Counted from the first letter of the stretch, positions 9,435 to 19,637 are shown. The stretch is 64,000 nucleotides of DNA from Candidatus Heimdallarchaeota archaeon (GCA_016840095.1 JAEOSZ010000055.1:19471-83470); one strand, 5' to 3'. Numbers and translations: made by a program. Notes: a model not told the origin generated them from the letters alone.

Positions 9435-10643
9435 GTGACATTTATGTCAGAGATGAAAGGAGCCAAAAACCACTTTGAAAGACGTTATGATTTAGATTGG
9501 CTGAGAATTTGCTCAATCTTTCTTGTTTTTATCTATCACTCTACTCTGTTTTTTAGCAACACATGGTATATGACTAATGCTGAGACAAGTCGTTATTTAT
9601 CAGGCGTTATGTCATTTGGAACTGCGTTTGTTTTACCTTTATTTTTTGTAATATCAGGTATGTCGACTTTCTATGCATTGAATTTCGTTTCCCCAGGAAA
9701 ATTCACAGCTTTGAGAGCAATTAGACTACTAGTTCCATTTGTTATAGGTATTTTCACCCACATTCCTTTACAAATATATCTTGCCTCTAGTCTTACTGAA
9801 TCTATTTCTACTAGTTTCTTTCAATTTTATAGAGGTCAGTTGTTTGACGGAATATACGAATTTGGAACTGGCTACTTCCCAGTATTTGGTACTCACTTGT
9901 GGTTCTTAATCATCCTATTTCTTTGCTCATTACTTCTTATCATTCCTTTTGTTCTATTAAGAAAAGAGGAAGCTCAGAAAGGCTTACAAAAAACAACTTC
10001 TTTCCTAAGAAAACCAGGAGTGATTTTTACTTTAGTTATTCCAGTCATTCTGTTTGAATATCTGAATCTAGCAATCGGAAGTATTATTCCTAGAGTGGGT
10101 GGTTATACTATGTATACCTTCATCCTCTTCTACCTCTTTGGTTACATCATCGCGACTGATAATAAATTCAAGGAATCTATTGAAAAACAGATTATACCTG
10201 CTTTAATCTTAGTTATTACTACAGCAGCAGTCTTAGCTCCAATTCTATTTCTGAATTATGATATCTATGAAATGGCAGGTTATCATCCTTTGAAGAATGT
10301 ATATTTTATTTTGAACCCTCTTTTTGGTTGGAGCGTAGTAATTTTACTATTAGGATTAGGTAGCAAGTACTTCAACAAAGACAATAAGGCTAGAAAATTC
10401 TTGAACGAACTAGTTTTACCATTTTATATTTTGCACCAAACTGTTTTACTAATTGTTGGATACTATGTTATTCCTTTATCTTTATCCACAGGTATAAAAT
10501 ATCTCATAATCCTCTCTGGATCCTCTGCTATAATTGTTACATTGTTGATGATTATTAAGTACATTAACCTTTTGAGATTCTTGTTTGGAATGCGCTGGAA
10601 AAAGGGATTGTGGTCTAGAAATAAGAGCGAGAAGGTTGCTTAA
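9435..10643 (+). CDS. Acyltransferase family 3 (MdoC/OpgC-like), copy 1
   Basis: RRYDLDWLR..H, PLFFVISG, RLLVPF, HLWFL, LPFYILHQ. Confidence 0.9.
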   Translation: MTFMSEMKGAKNHFERRYDLDWLRICSIFLVFIYHSTLFFSNTWYMTNAETSRYLSGVMSFGTAFVLPLFFVISGMSTFYALNFVSPGKFTALRAIRLLVPFVIGIFTHIPLQIYLASSLTESISTSFFQFYRGQLFDGIYEFGTGYFPVFGTHLWFLIILFLCSLLLIIPFVLLRKEEAQKGLQKTTSFLRKPGVIFTLVIPVILFEYLNLAIGSIIPRVGGYTMYTFILFYLFGYIIATDNKFKESIEKQIIPALILVITTAAVLAPILFLNYDIYEMAGYHPLKNVYFILNPLFGWSVVILLLGLGSKYFNKDNKARKFLNELVLPFYILHQTVLLIVGYYVIPLSLSTGIKYLIILSGSSAIIVTLLMIIKYINLLRFLFGMRWKKGLWSRNKSEKVA

Positions 10644-10710
10644 ACATTGGTTTCCTTACTCTATGTTTTGTGCCCAAAATACTTAAATTCATTGAACTCT
10701 GCTTACACAA

Positions 10711-11910
10711 ATGGTAGATGTATCTACTTCACAAGAAGTAAACCGTTCTTTTGATAGAAGATATGACATTGATTGGTTAAGAATTATTGCAATATTACTC
10801 GTATTTCTTTTTCATTGTATAAGACCTTTTGATCTCATGGATTGGCATATCAATAACTTAGTTCAGAGTGAAGGAATGACAATAATCATGTATTTTCTTG
10901 GAGGAGCTGGAATGCCAATATTTTTCATTATTGCTGGTATGGCTACTTTCTATGCTTTAAGAAAAGTCAAAGGTGGGCAATTTGCCTTATTTAGAATAAT
11001 TAGATTACTTGTTCCATTCGCTATTGGTTTATTTACACATATACCTCTTCAAGTTTATTTAGAGAGAGTTAATCATGGGGATTTTATTGGTTCTTTCTCC
11101 CAATTCTATCCAACTTATTACAATGGAACATATGCATACGGTGGGAATTTTGATTTTTTTGGATTACATTTGTGGTTTTTAGCACTACTTCTTGTTCTCT
11201 CATTAGTCACCTTACCTTTGGCTGTATATTATAGTAAAGATAAAAATCTAGATAAACTCGATAAATTCACAAATTTCTTAACTAAACCAGGAATGCTATT
11301 TCTTTTTCCAATACCAATCATCTTAATAGAAGTAGGAAATTTCTTAACAGGTTCTTATATCTATAATCTAGGCGGTTGGAATATCTTTTCACACCTGTTG
11401 TTTTTTGTTTATGGTTATATTTTTGCTTCAAATATTAAGTTTCGAAAAACCATTCAAAAGCATGCTATTCCAGTTCTTATAGTAGTAGTTGGATGCACAG
11501 TCCCTTTGATTTTACAGGATAGCTTCAATCTTAGTCCAACTATGGCTCAAGTAGTTTTCTGGATACTTGGAACAATTTATAGCTGGTGTATGTTATTACT
11601 GCTCTTAGCTTTTGGTAGTAAATTTCTAGACCGCAATAATAAAGCTAGAAAGTTCCTAAATGAACTCGTCTTGCCTTTTTATGTTATGCATCAAACTATA
11701 ATTGTAGTAGCGGCATTCTTCATTGTTCAATTAAATATACACTTCCTTGCTAAATTCGTTATTCTTTTATTAACAGCATTTGTAGCATGTGTTGTTCTTT
11801 TAATTCCTATCAAATACATCAATCCACTGAGATTTATCTTTGGGATGAGGTGGAAAAAAGGAATACTGAGGTTTAACAAGAAAGAAAAAGGAAATAATCA
11901 AAATGTCTGA
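10711..11910 (+). CDS. Acyltransferase family 3 (MdoC/OpgC-like), copy 2
   Basis: RRYDIDWLR..H, MPIFFIIAG, HLWFL, LPFYVMHQ. Confidence 0.9.
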   Translation: MVDVSTSQEVNRSFDRRYDIDWLRIIAILLVFLFHCIRPFDLMDWHINNLVQSEGMTIIMYFLGGAGMPIFFIIAGMATFYALRKVKGGQFALFRIIRLLVPFAIGLFTHIPLQVYLERVNHGDFIGSFSQFYPTYYNGTYAYGGNFDFFGLHLWFLALLLVLSLVTLPLAVYYSKDKNLDKLDKFTNFLTKPGMLFLFPIPIILIEVGNFLTGSYIYNLGGWNIFSHLLFFVYGYIFASNIKFRKTIQKHAIPVLIVVVGCTVPLILQDSFNLSPTMAQVVFWILGTIYSWCMLLLLLAFGSKFLDRNNKARKFLNELVLPFYVMHQTIIVVAAFFIVQLNIHFLAKFVILLLTAFVACVVLLIPIKYINPLRFIFGMRWKKGILRFNKKEKGNNQNV

Positions 11911-13177
11911 TAATCCTACTTCAAAGAGAAGTTCAACCTTTACTGAGTTAGAAAGACGTTATGATTTAGATTGGTTCAGAGTTATTACAATCTTTCTGGT
12001 TTTTATTTATCATTGTACAAAATTCTTTGATGCTGATCCAATTAATATTAAGAATGATCCTCTTAACTTTGTAGAACCTTTTTCAATACCAATTGCAAAT
12101 CATAAATTATCTGCAAATACTTCATTTCTAACAGCTATAGGCCTTCCTCTCTTTTTTATCATCGCAGGGATGAGTATGTTTTATGCACTAGGGTATATGG
12201 AAAAAAGAGAAATCAAACTGAGAAAATATGTTCTTTTAAGATTCGTGAGATTAATCATTCCATACTTAATTGGAATGTTTACCTATGTATCAGTTCTTGT
12301 GTATTTAGAATGGACTAATAAAGAACTAATTTCCTTATCCTTTGCTCAATTCTATCCTCGTTACTTCGATGGAATCTATGGTTTTGATGGAGGAGCTTTC
12401 TCAGTTTTTGGACATCACCTTTGGTTCTTAGTGATTTTATTCATTTTCAGTTTAATAACAGTCAATTTATTTTCACATTTAAGAAAAGATAAATACAGAA
12501 CAGGATTTGCTAAATTTGCTTCGTTCTTCACAAAACCAGGAACAATATACCTATTCATAATACCAGTTTATTTAATGGAAATAGTACATAGTCTTTTTCT
12601 TTATGAAATCCCAAGATTTGGAGGTTGGGATTTCTTTACATACATTTTCTATTTGTTCTTCGGATATATCCTTGCATATGATCAACAATTTAGAAAAGCA
12701 GTAAAAAAGAATCGAATAATTGCTTTATCTGCGGGAGTACTCTCAACAATAGCTCTTATTCTAATGAACCATTACTATTTTGATGAAATCTGGTTAACTT
12801 TAGGACTTACAACTGTTAAGATTCCATTCCTTTTAGCAAGAGTGATTTTTGCTTGGAGTTGGTTAATAGTTATTCTTTATCTAGGTAATAAATATCTGAA
12901 CAAGGAGAGTAAAGCTGTGAAAAAACTGAACGAACTAGTTTTACCTTTCTACATTATTCACTTTGTTGTTCTAGGAATAGTTGGATTCTATGTTGTTCAA
13001 TTTGAATTTCTAGTTATCAGTGAGTTACTTATTATCTTCATAATTTCTCTTGCTGCAATTGTAATTCTGCTTCTCATAATTAGAGAGTTTAACCTTTTTA
13101 GATTCATTTTTGGTATGAGTGTTACGAAGAAAAAAAGTATTTCAAGATTTTTCAAGAAGAATAAGGGAGAAAATTAA
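11903..13177 (+). CDS. Acyltransferase family 3 (MdoC/OpgC-like), copy 3
   Basis: RRYDLDWFR..H, LPLFFIIAG, HHLWFL, LPFYIIH. Overlaps copy 2 by 8 nt. Confidence 0.9.
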   Translation: MSDNPTSKRSSTFTELERRYDLDWFRVITIFLVFIYHCTKFFDADPINIKNDPLNFVEPFSIPIANHKLSANTSFLTAIGLPLFFIIAGMSMFYALGYMEKREIKLRKYVLLRFVRLIIPYLIGMFTYVSVLVYLEWTNKELISLSFAQFYPRYFDGIYGFDGGAFSVFGHHLWFLVILFIFSLITVNLFSHLRKDKYRTGFAKFASFFTKPGTIYLFIIPVYLMEIVHSLFLYEIPRFGGWDFFTYIFYLFFGYILAYDQQFRKAVKKNRIIALSAGVLSTIALILMNHYYFDEIWLTLGLTTVKIPFLLARVIFAWSWLIVILYLGNKYLNKESKAVKKLNELVLPFYIIHFVVLGIVGFYVVQFEFLVISELLIIFIISLAAIVILLLIIREFNLFRFIFGMSVTKKKSISRFFKKNKGEN

Positions 13178-13233
13178 TAAATTCTGCAAAAATCTACAAG
13201 AAAAAGGGTATTATTAGAGTGTTATAATACTAA

Positions 13234-14436
13234 TTGACTCCTAAAAACTGGGAAATTCTTTTAAGACAGTTTAAGCAATGTTTTTTGTTGAAACAACGAA
13301 CTAAGTTAATTAGACTTATATTCTTCACTCTAATTATCTCATCAATTTGTCTGTGCAATTCTAGTGGAGATTACAGTGTTATTAAATCTAGTAAAAACTT
13401 AGTTAATACAGATAGACCATTTCTTTCTCTTGGTGATTTTACCGTAACTAATCATGAAACACTGATTGATATTGAATCTATTGATAACATAACAATTGAT
13501 GAAACAATTACCTTGCGTAACAATCAAAATGATACTGATTCACTAAATATAACATTTAGTCAACCTAATCCTCAGAACTTAACATATGAAAGTCTTATTA
13601 TTTCCAATTATGTTGAAGGGTATCAACTTCCTTTTGTGTTTGTTAATGATACGAATTTGATAAGTATTGATTTATTATCTCAATTGAATACAAGTGAAGA
13701 AATTACTATCCTACTGAGTTATAATTTGCCTATAGAACTTCCTGAAGTTTCTGGAAAACCATCTTATTTTATCTTCCAATTCAAGCAGAATTTCAGCTAT
13801 TATACTGAGTATCATTCCACTTTCCTAAGATTACCAATTGGATGTTTTATACATGAGGACATACTCATTCCTGTAACGCCAGAGGATTATGACCATGAGG
13901 TATCTGGGAAGCGTTTGCATCTTTACTGGGAACGTGAGAATCTACTGGCACAAACTACCTTAGAATTCATCATCTTTTTTGATGAACCTTTTTATCCTTC
14001 TAATTACATCTGGGCATATTTTGTTGGACCAATACTTGGTATGCTTCTAGGTGGATGTATTGTTTATTTCTGGATGAAAAGAGGTACACAGATTCTGGAG
14101 GAAGAAATAGAAAAAATATACCTTACAAAGAATCAAGAATTATTATTAAGATTGATAGATGAAAGCAAAGGTAAAATTACTCAACAACAATTAATTGCCA
14201 TAACTGATTTTACAAAATCTAAAGTTTCAAGGAATCTTACACCTTTAGAGGAGAATGGTTTAATCGCAAAAGAGAAATGGGGAAGAGAATTCAAAGTGAG
14301 TTTAACCAAAAAAGGTCAGAAAGTAGCAGAAAAATTAGTTGCTGAAAAGTTGCAATTTTCTGAAAAATTTTCTCAACCCGATTTCTCAAAAGAGTCAAAA
14401 AACAATATGGAGATGAAGAAAAGTGAAGATAAATAG
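13234..14436 (+). CDS. Membrane-anchored winged-helix regulator (extracellular beta domain - TM - wHTH; COG2512-like)
   Basis: Signal-like N-terminus, NxS/T-rich beta region, TM (YIWAYFVGPILGMLLGGCIVYFW), then ITQQQLIAITDFTKSKVSRNLTPLEENGLIAKEKWGR. True start is probably slightly downstream. Confidence 0.8.
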   Translation: MTPKNWEILLRQFKQCFLLKQRTKLIRLIFFTLIISSICLCNSSGDYSVIKSSKNLVNTDRPFLSLGDFTVTNHETLIDIESIDNITIDETITLRNNQNDTDSLNITFSQPNPQNLTYESLIISNYVEGYQLPFVFVNDTNLISIDLLSQLNTSEEITILLSYNLPIELPEVSGKPSYFIFQFKQNFSYYTEYHSTFLRLPIGCFIHEDILIPVTPEDYDHEVSGKRLHLYWERENLLAQTTLEFIIFFDEPFYPSNYIWAYFVGPILGMLLGGCIVYFWMKRGTQILEEEIEKIYLTKNQELLLRLIDESKGKITQQQLIAITDFTKSKVSRNLTPLEENGLIAKEKWGREFKVSLTKKGQKVAEKLVAEKLQFSEKFSQPDFSKESKNNMEMKKSEDK

Positions 14437-16048
14437 GAAAACAGTACTTACTATTAGTGTAGTGATTCTTATATTCCTATCTACATTTATTCCTATTTAT
14501 ATTGTTTTCAAACCCAAAGATCAACGAATCAAGCATGAGCCAATAATAATTTGGAAAGATGACGATTTCAAGAATTTTGAATTCTCAGGGGATGGAAGCC
14601 AAGAGAATCCATATCTTATAGAAAATCTTGAGATTATTACTGATTTCAAGTATAGTATCTATATCAGAAACACATTCAAACATTTTGTCATTAAGAATTG
14701 TTATCTAGCCTCAAATGAATATGGTATCTATATAGATAACATAGCTGATGGAACAGCTGTAATTACAGAAAATATCTGTGAAAACAATGAAGTTGGAATA
14801 TGGATATCAAATTCAGAGAATTTAATTGTTTTCAATAACAGCTGCTCTAATAATGGTGAAACCTCAGGAGGAGGAATAATTGTAACAGATTCTTCTTTCT
14901 GTAACATATCGAATAATTATTGTTATAAAAATAATTTCTATGGCATTAAAGTAGAAAACACAGAAGCTTGCAATATAATCAATAATACTTGTATTAAAAA
15001 CGAAAATCAGATTCAAGGTGCTGGAATTTATGTTTTTCAATCTTCCCTAACGCTGATAGAGAATAATAATTGTAGTTCAAACAGAAGAAATGGAATTCAA
15101 GTAACTGCATCAAGTTCAACCAATATCTCAAGCAATCTTTGCGAAGATAATTATCACATTGGAATTTTAGCAACAGGTTGTCCTAATTCAATCATTTCAA
15201 ATAATTTTTGCTTAAGAAATAGGAATTGGTATAAGAGAGAGAGTCATGGGATTGTACTTCAATATTCTTCACACTGTAATATAACGAACAATTTAGTTGA
15301 CTCCAATATAGGTAATGGAATCTTTCTAGAAAGTGATTCTAATAGCTTTATCTCAGATAATTTAATCTATAATCACACTGGATATTACGAAGCTCTCTAT
15401 TCTCCAAATAGTCTTTTCTTTGGTTACTCAATATATTGTTACAGCTCGGAAAATATCTCTGTTCTTCGAAATGAAGGTATAAGTAATTATGGAGGGTGTT
15501 GGATTGAAAGTTCCCATAATATGAATATTTCCTCAAACCTGTTTTCATATAGCTCAAGTTATGCAATAGAAATTCATGAAGGTTCAAATTGTACAATCAA
15601 GAAGAATGTTTTGAGTGAAAACGATATAGGTATTGGTTTTAGTAATACTGAGTTGTCTATTTTATCAAATAATTTGGTCCAAAACTCTGATGGATATGGT
15701 CTCATATTAAATGGATCATCAATCAATAATTCTATTCATCATAATAGCTTCATTGGAAATAATCTTGCAGGAACTAGTCAAGGTTATGACGAAGGAAATG
15801 ATAATTTATGGTATGACAATGTAACTAAAGAGGGGAATTTCTGGAGTGATAGAATCAGTGGGAATTATTCTATTGATGGACCTTCCAGTTCTGAGGATTT
15901 ATACTGTCTAGAAGAAGATCCTTTCAACTATTTACTAAATACATCTATTAACAGAAGTATTGCATTTACACAATCTTCAATCTTTAATGATCTTACTAAT
16001 ACAATCAAACTAAAAGCTGTTAGATGGATAAAAAAAGAAGAATTATAG
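14423..16048 (+). CDS. Right-handed parallel beta-helix (NosD/CASH) surface protein
   Basis: N-terminal TM, HEPIIIWKDDDF..GDGSQENPYLIE, many GI-x-I...I-x-NN repeats, C-terminal EGNFWSD. Confidence 0.85.
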   Translation: MKINRKTVLTISVVILIFLSTFIPIYIVFKPKDQRIKHEPIIIWKDDDFKNFEFSGDGSQENPYLIENLEIITDFKYSIYIRNTFKHFVIKNCYLASNEYGIYIDNIADGTAVITENICENNEVGIWISNSENLIVFNNSCSNNGETSGGGIIVTDSSFCNISNNYCYKNNFYGIKVENTEACNIINNTCIKNENQIQGAGIYVFQSSLTLIENNNCSSNRRNGIQVTASSSTNISSNLCEDNYHIGILATGCPNSIISNNFCLRNRNWYKRESHGIVLQYSSHCNITNNLVDSNIGNGIFLESDSNSFISDNLIYNHTGYYEALYSPNSLFFGYSIYCYSSENISVLRNEGISNYGGCWIESSHNMNISSNLFSYSSSYAIEIHEGSNCTIKKNVLSENDIGIGFSNTELSILSNNLVQNSDGYGLILNGSSINNSIHHNSFIGNNLAGTSQGYDEGNDNLWYDNVTKEGNFWSDRISGNYSIDGPSSSEDLYCLEEDPFNYLLNTSINRSIAFTQSSIFNDLTNTIKLKAVRWIKKEEL

Positions 16049-18310
16049 ATTTCTGTCTACAATTCTACGTTTTCTAATTCTTCCAAGAACTAAAGCAATT
16101 AGTAACAATGAGCTAAAGATAGCTGTTGACTTCTGGAATGAAGTCTTCAGGATAGGATTTTCAGTTCCTACAATGAAAGAATAGTTTTGACTGTTGTAAG
16201 TTAAACCATTCGAGTTCTGTAATTGCATGAAAAATTTGACAGAATCTCCTTCATCAAAGTCCTTTCCTATGTTATATTCATACGTATTTTCTGCTTCATT
16301 TGTCATTGTTTCATTTGACCACAGAGCATCATTAACTTGGTAATTCAACATTGAGGAAACGATATTTTGATTTTTGTATTCAGCTGTTACAATTATATCC
16401 TTACCTAGTTTATCATGATTTTTTGCTGTAACTGTAATATCTGGAAAATAATCCTTTTTTGGTAACCAATCATTAGCTAGACATAGATCTCTAGGATACT
16501 TTACTACATCATCACAGTAATAGTAGGAAGTGAAAGGATACATCGTACTATTAGCTAAAAGATTTTCTCCGTAATAAAGATCATCATTTATTTCTACACT
16601 ATCAATGGCATAGCTGATTGCTTTTCTAAGAGAACAAGCAAGTGTATAATCTTTCTTTCCTTCTTCTTGATTAAAGACATAGTTTGAAGCTCCTCCAATA
16701 AATGGTCTTCTAAGATTAAAACCTACAAAATGAATATTGTCTCCTAGTACCTTTACAACATTGTATCGCGGATCTTCCTCCATAACTCTTCTATCTTCAG
16801 GGAATTTGTTAAGAACAGCGAAATCCAAACTACCGTTTTTAAATAATGCAAATTCGATAGATTCATCTGAAATAGCATGGACATTCAAAGTTTGCACAAA
16901 AGGTTCGAGATCTGTTGCTCCGTCAATTGCCCCAACTCCAAACCAGTATGGACTTCTCTGAAAAACTGTAATGTTCCCAGGATCATGATAGTCAAGCATA
17001 AACTTGCCACAACTAAATGCAGAAGTTAGATAGATTAACCATTGAGGTGTATCTAACATTTCTGGGTATAATCCAACTGTTTGAACTCCTCCTAGTGTTT
17101 CTGAAACCATCGGATTTGTAGAATTCAGAAAGAATTCAGGCATAATTCTTTCAGTAAGTCTTCTCCAAACCTCGGCATTAGTTTCTAATTCTGGGGTTTC
17201 AGGATTATTATCTATATGAATGTGAAAAGCTAATTCATCACTAGGGTCTACATAAATATCAGAGATAAATTGCATAAAACCAGGAATATAACTTATCAGT
17301 GGATTCCCTATTGCTAGTAAAGTAAAGACAGCATCTTTTGCTGTCACTTTCTGATTAGTACCATTACTAAATTCACCATTCTTTAAACCAAGCATCAATT
17401 CTCCTTCAGGAATTGATGATAACGGTGGAGAAAGATAATCTCTACTAGTACAATCATAGCTTGGATTCCAATAAACATTATCTCGAATAAAAAACTTAAA
17501 GTGATTATCATCTATCTTTATCCAATCATTAATCAATCCTGTTTTAACTTGTATTTGATCAGGACTCCACTGAATCATTGATTCATGTAGTAATTCTAGA
17601 ATGAACTTGTTGTCACCAGAAAGAAGATGATAGTATAAAGGATTCAAAAAATCCCAGTAAGCTGCTATATTGAATTCACTTGTTGATGTTTGACCTTCGT
17701 GTAACCCATCAAAACTCATGTAAGGTAGGCTATCTAGAAATCCCCATCTTTCATTGAATCCCTGAGTATTTGACCATGTTGTCAAATAGGAATAGGCGGC
17801 AAACAATGGCACAATTGGAATAATCTTGTCATTCATTAACTTCTGCCAATCATAGTAAAGCTGCTGTCTTTCTTCTGGATCCATTATCTTTATTCCTTCT
17901 AGAAGCATTTCTTCATTTATATCCCCGTATGGAATATCGTTTCTTATTCCAAAGTAATTCGCTAAACCATTTCCTGAGAATACATGATAGAAATCAGGAG
18001 TTTCCCCCAATCCAGTTATACTAGCTATAGCTAAATCAAAATCATGTGTATATCTTATAGTATGATCAAAAACTGACCATTCCTCTATAACTATTGTAAC
18101 ATCTATTCCTATGTCTTCAAGATATTCTGATACATAGAGAGCTACATCAGGTCTAATACCTCCTCCATTTGTTTTCAAAACTAGATTTAGCCATATTACA
18201 CTATCTGCTTTCGCAACATCTTGAGCATTAACTGTTGATGAAAAAATAACAACTGATAACAGAAATGAAATGATTATTTGTTTTCTCCTATTTGAAGCCA
18301 TAATAGTCAA
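16043..18310 (-). CDS. Family-5 solute-binding protein, circularly permuted, with C-terminal anchor
   Basis: Signal peptide; LEDIGIDV, PEERQQLYYDWQ, VTAKDAVFT, FNLRRPF, LRKAISYAID; Ig-like tail, TM and RIRKRR. Confidence 0.85.
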   Translation of the reverse strand: MTIMASNRRKQIIISFLLSVVIFSSTVNAQDVAKADSVIWLNLVLKTNGGGIRPDVALYVSEYLEDIGIDVTIVIEEWSVFDHTIRYTHDFDLAIASITGLGETPDFYHVFSGNGLANYFGIRNDIPYGDINEEMLLEGIKIMDPEERQQLYYDWQKLMNDKIIPIVPLFAAYSYLTTWSNTQGFNERWGFLDSLPYMSFDGLHEGQTSTSEFNIAAYWDFLNPLYYHLLSGDNKFILELLHESMIQWSPDQIQVKTGLINDWIKIDDNHFKFFIRDNVYWNPSYDCTSRDYLSPPLSSIPEGELMLGLKNGEFSNGTNQKVTAKDAVFTLLAIGNPLISYIPGFMQFISDIYVDPSDELAFHIHIDNNPETPELETNAEVWRRLTERIMPEFFLNSTNPMVSETLGGVQTVGLYPEMLDTPQWLIYLTSAFSCGKFMLDYHDPGNITVFQRSPYWFGVGAIDGATDLEPFVQTLNVHAISDESIEFALFKNGSLDFAVLNKFPEDRRVMEEDPRYNVVKVLGDNIHFVGFNLRRPFIGGASNYVFNQEEGKKDYTLACSLRKAISYAIDSVEINDDLYYGENLLANSTMYPFTSYYYCDDVVKYPRDLCLANDWLPKKDYFPDITVTAKNHDKLGKDIIVTAEYKNQNIVSSMLNYQVNDALWSNETMTNEAENTYEYNIGKDFDEGDSVKFFMQLQNSNGLTYNSQNYSFIVGTENPILKTSFQKSTAIFSSLLLIALVLGRIRKRRIVDRNL

Positions 18311-18360
18311 CTTAAATCCTACTTGTGTTTGAAAAATATAAAAATCTTCTGCATACTTAA

Positions 18361-18398
18361 TGAAATTAGATATTTTGGAAAAATATCTTAGAATTTCA
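18361..18398. promoter_or_regulatory. Inverted repeat between divergent SBP-like genes (candidate operator)
   Basis: TGAAATT-AGATATTTT-GGA-AAAATATCT-TAG-AATTTCA: perfect 9-bp inner arms plus 7-bp outer arms with a 3-nt bulge. Confidence 0.45.
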
Positions 18399-18619
18399 GA
18401 GAGCAGTTAGGAGTTTTTCAAGCAATTATGTAATGCATTTAATCTGTTTTCCAGATTTACAGAACATGATAAATTCTAGATAAAAGAGTTTGAAGGCTTT
18501 TCAAATTTAAGTTTCACATAGTTGCATTTTGGTTTTACTATTTAATTTCACGTATATGATTTATGCAATGAATTTCTCCTTCATTCAATGGAATCCTTGT
18601 GGTTCCAAAGGTGAAAAAA

Positions 18620-19390
18620 ATGAACAAAAAACTAGTAATTGGTTTGGTTTTAATCAGCTTAGTTGGTATTACTATGATACCTGTAGGCTATATTGCTTCT
18701 GCAGGTGACTGTACTGAAGTTGATTTTGTTATATGGCTCGAGACTCCTGAAAAACAAGTTGTAATTGATGAAATGATCACTAAAACTGAAAGCTTAGGAT
18801 TAACAGTAAATCCTATTTATGTAACTTTTGAAGAATGGATTGGATATGCTCATGGTTCAAAAGATTATGATATGCTTTATGGCCCCTATATGACTCTCCC
18901 TAAAAATCTAAATATTCTTGATCTTGCTCAATTAAGCTTGATACTGAACTATTTTGCTTTGACTCATACAGATAAAAAACTAATGACATGTACAGACATT
19001 ATGTGGAGTATGTTTTGGGAAGCAATAGAAGATCCTACTTTGATGATGGATGAAGAATTTATAGATAAAATGGTAGATTTGTTCCACATAACTGAAAAAC
19101 GATATTACATTAAGCAATACTTCTCTGTCTTTGTTCAATTTGAAACCCCTAGTTCTGATGAATGGGGACCAGTTCCTTCAATGAGAACAGAAGCATTAAC
19201 CTTCAATTGCTTAAAAGGTCGAGTTTTCAAAGATGCAGACTTAAGAAAAGAATGGAATTCAATCATAGATAGAACAGTCTTTCTAGATTATCATGCACTT
19301 TATACTCCATATCCAGTTTATGAAGTTCATCACATATTCCAATATTCTAACTTCCATGATATAACATTACCAAATAACTACTTGTATTGA
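18620..19390 (+). CDS. Secreted mini protein related to one lobe of family-5 SBPs
   Basis: GGTGA SD then ATG 18620 (ORF track gives 18599); signal peptide; ESLGLTVNPIYVTFEEW..DYDML and LTFNCLKGRVFKDADLRKEWNSIIDR resemble SBP5 motifs. Confidence 0.6.
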   Translation: MNKKLVIGLVLISLVGITMIPVGYIASAGDCTEVDFVIWLETPEKQVVIDEMITKTESLGLTVNPIYVTFEEWIGYAHGSKDYDMLYGPYMTLPKNLNILDLAQLSLILNYFALTHTDKKLMTCTDIMWSMFWEAIEDPTLMMDEEFIDKMVDLFHITEKRYYIKQYFSVFVQFETPSSDEWGPVPSMRTEALTFNCLKGRVFKDADLRKEWNSIIDRTVFLDYHALYTPYPVYEVHHIFQYSNFHDITLPNNYLY

Positions 19391-19400
19391 TCCTTTCCTA

Positions 19401-19420
19401 TTCTTTTTTTTTTTTCTTTT
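19401..19420 (+). terminator. Oligo-T terminator
   Basis: T12 run within ttcttttttttttttctttt, just after stop 19390. Confidence 0.6.
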
Positions 19421-19436
19421 CCTTCATTTAAAGTAA

Positions 19437-19556
19437 AAGTATAAGTTAGAGCTGTCTCCTCCTGAAGGAGCTGAATATGATTGTTATGAGAGACCAACTA
19501 ATCAAGATGCTCTGGATTATGAGATTTCAATGATAGAGAAGACAATTGAAGATTAA
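19437..19556 (+). pseudogene. Possible 3' gene remnant
   Basis: 39 stop-free codons with protein-like composition (KYKLELSPPEGAEYDCYERPTNQDALDYEISMIEKTIED) but no credible start. Confidence 0.2.
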
Positions 19557-19637
19557 CTTTAAAATTTGCACAAAACGTTTTTAAATTTCCCTATGATACC
19601 TATTCTTTGATATATCACTTTACTGTTGTGGTGAAGG

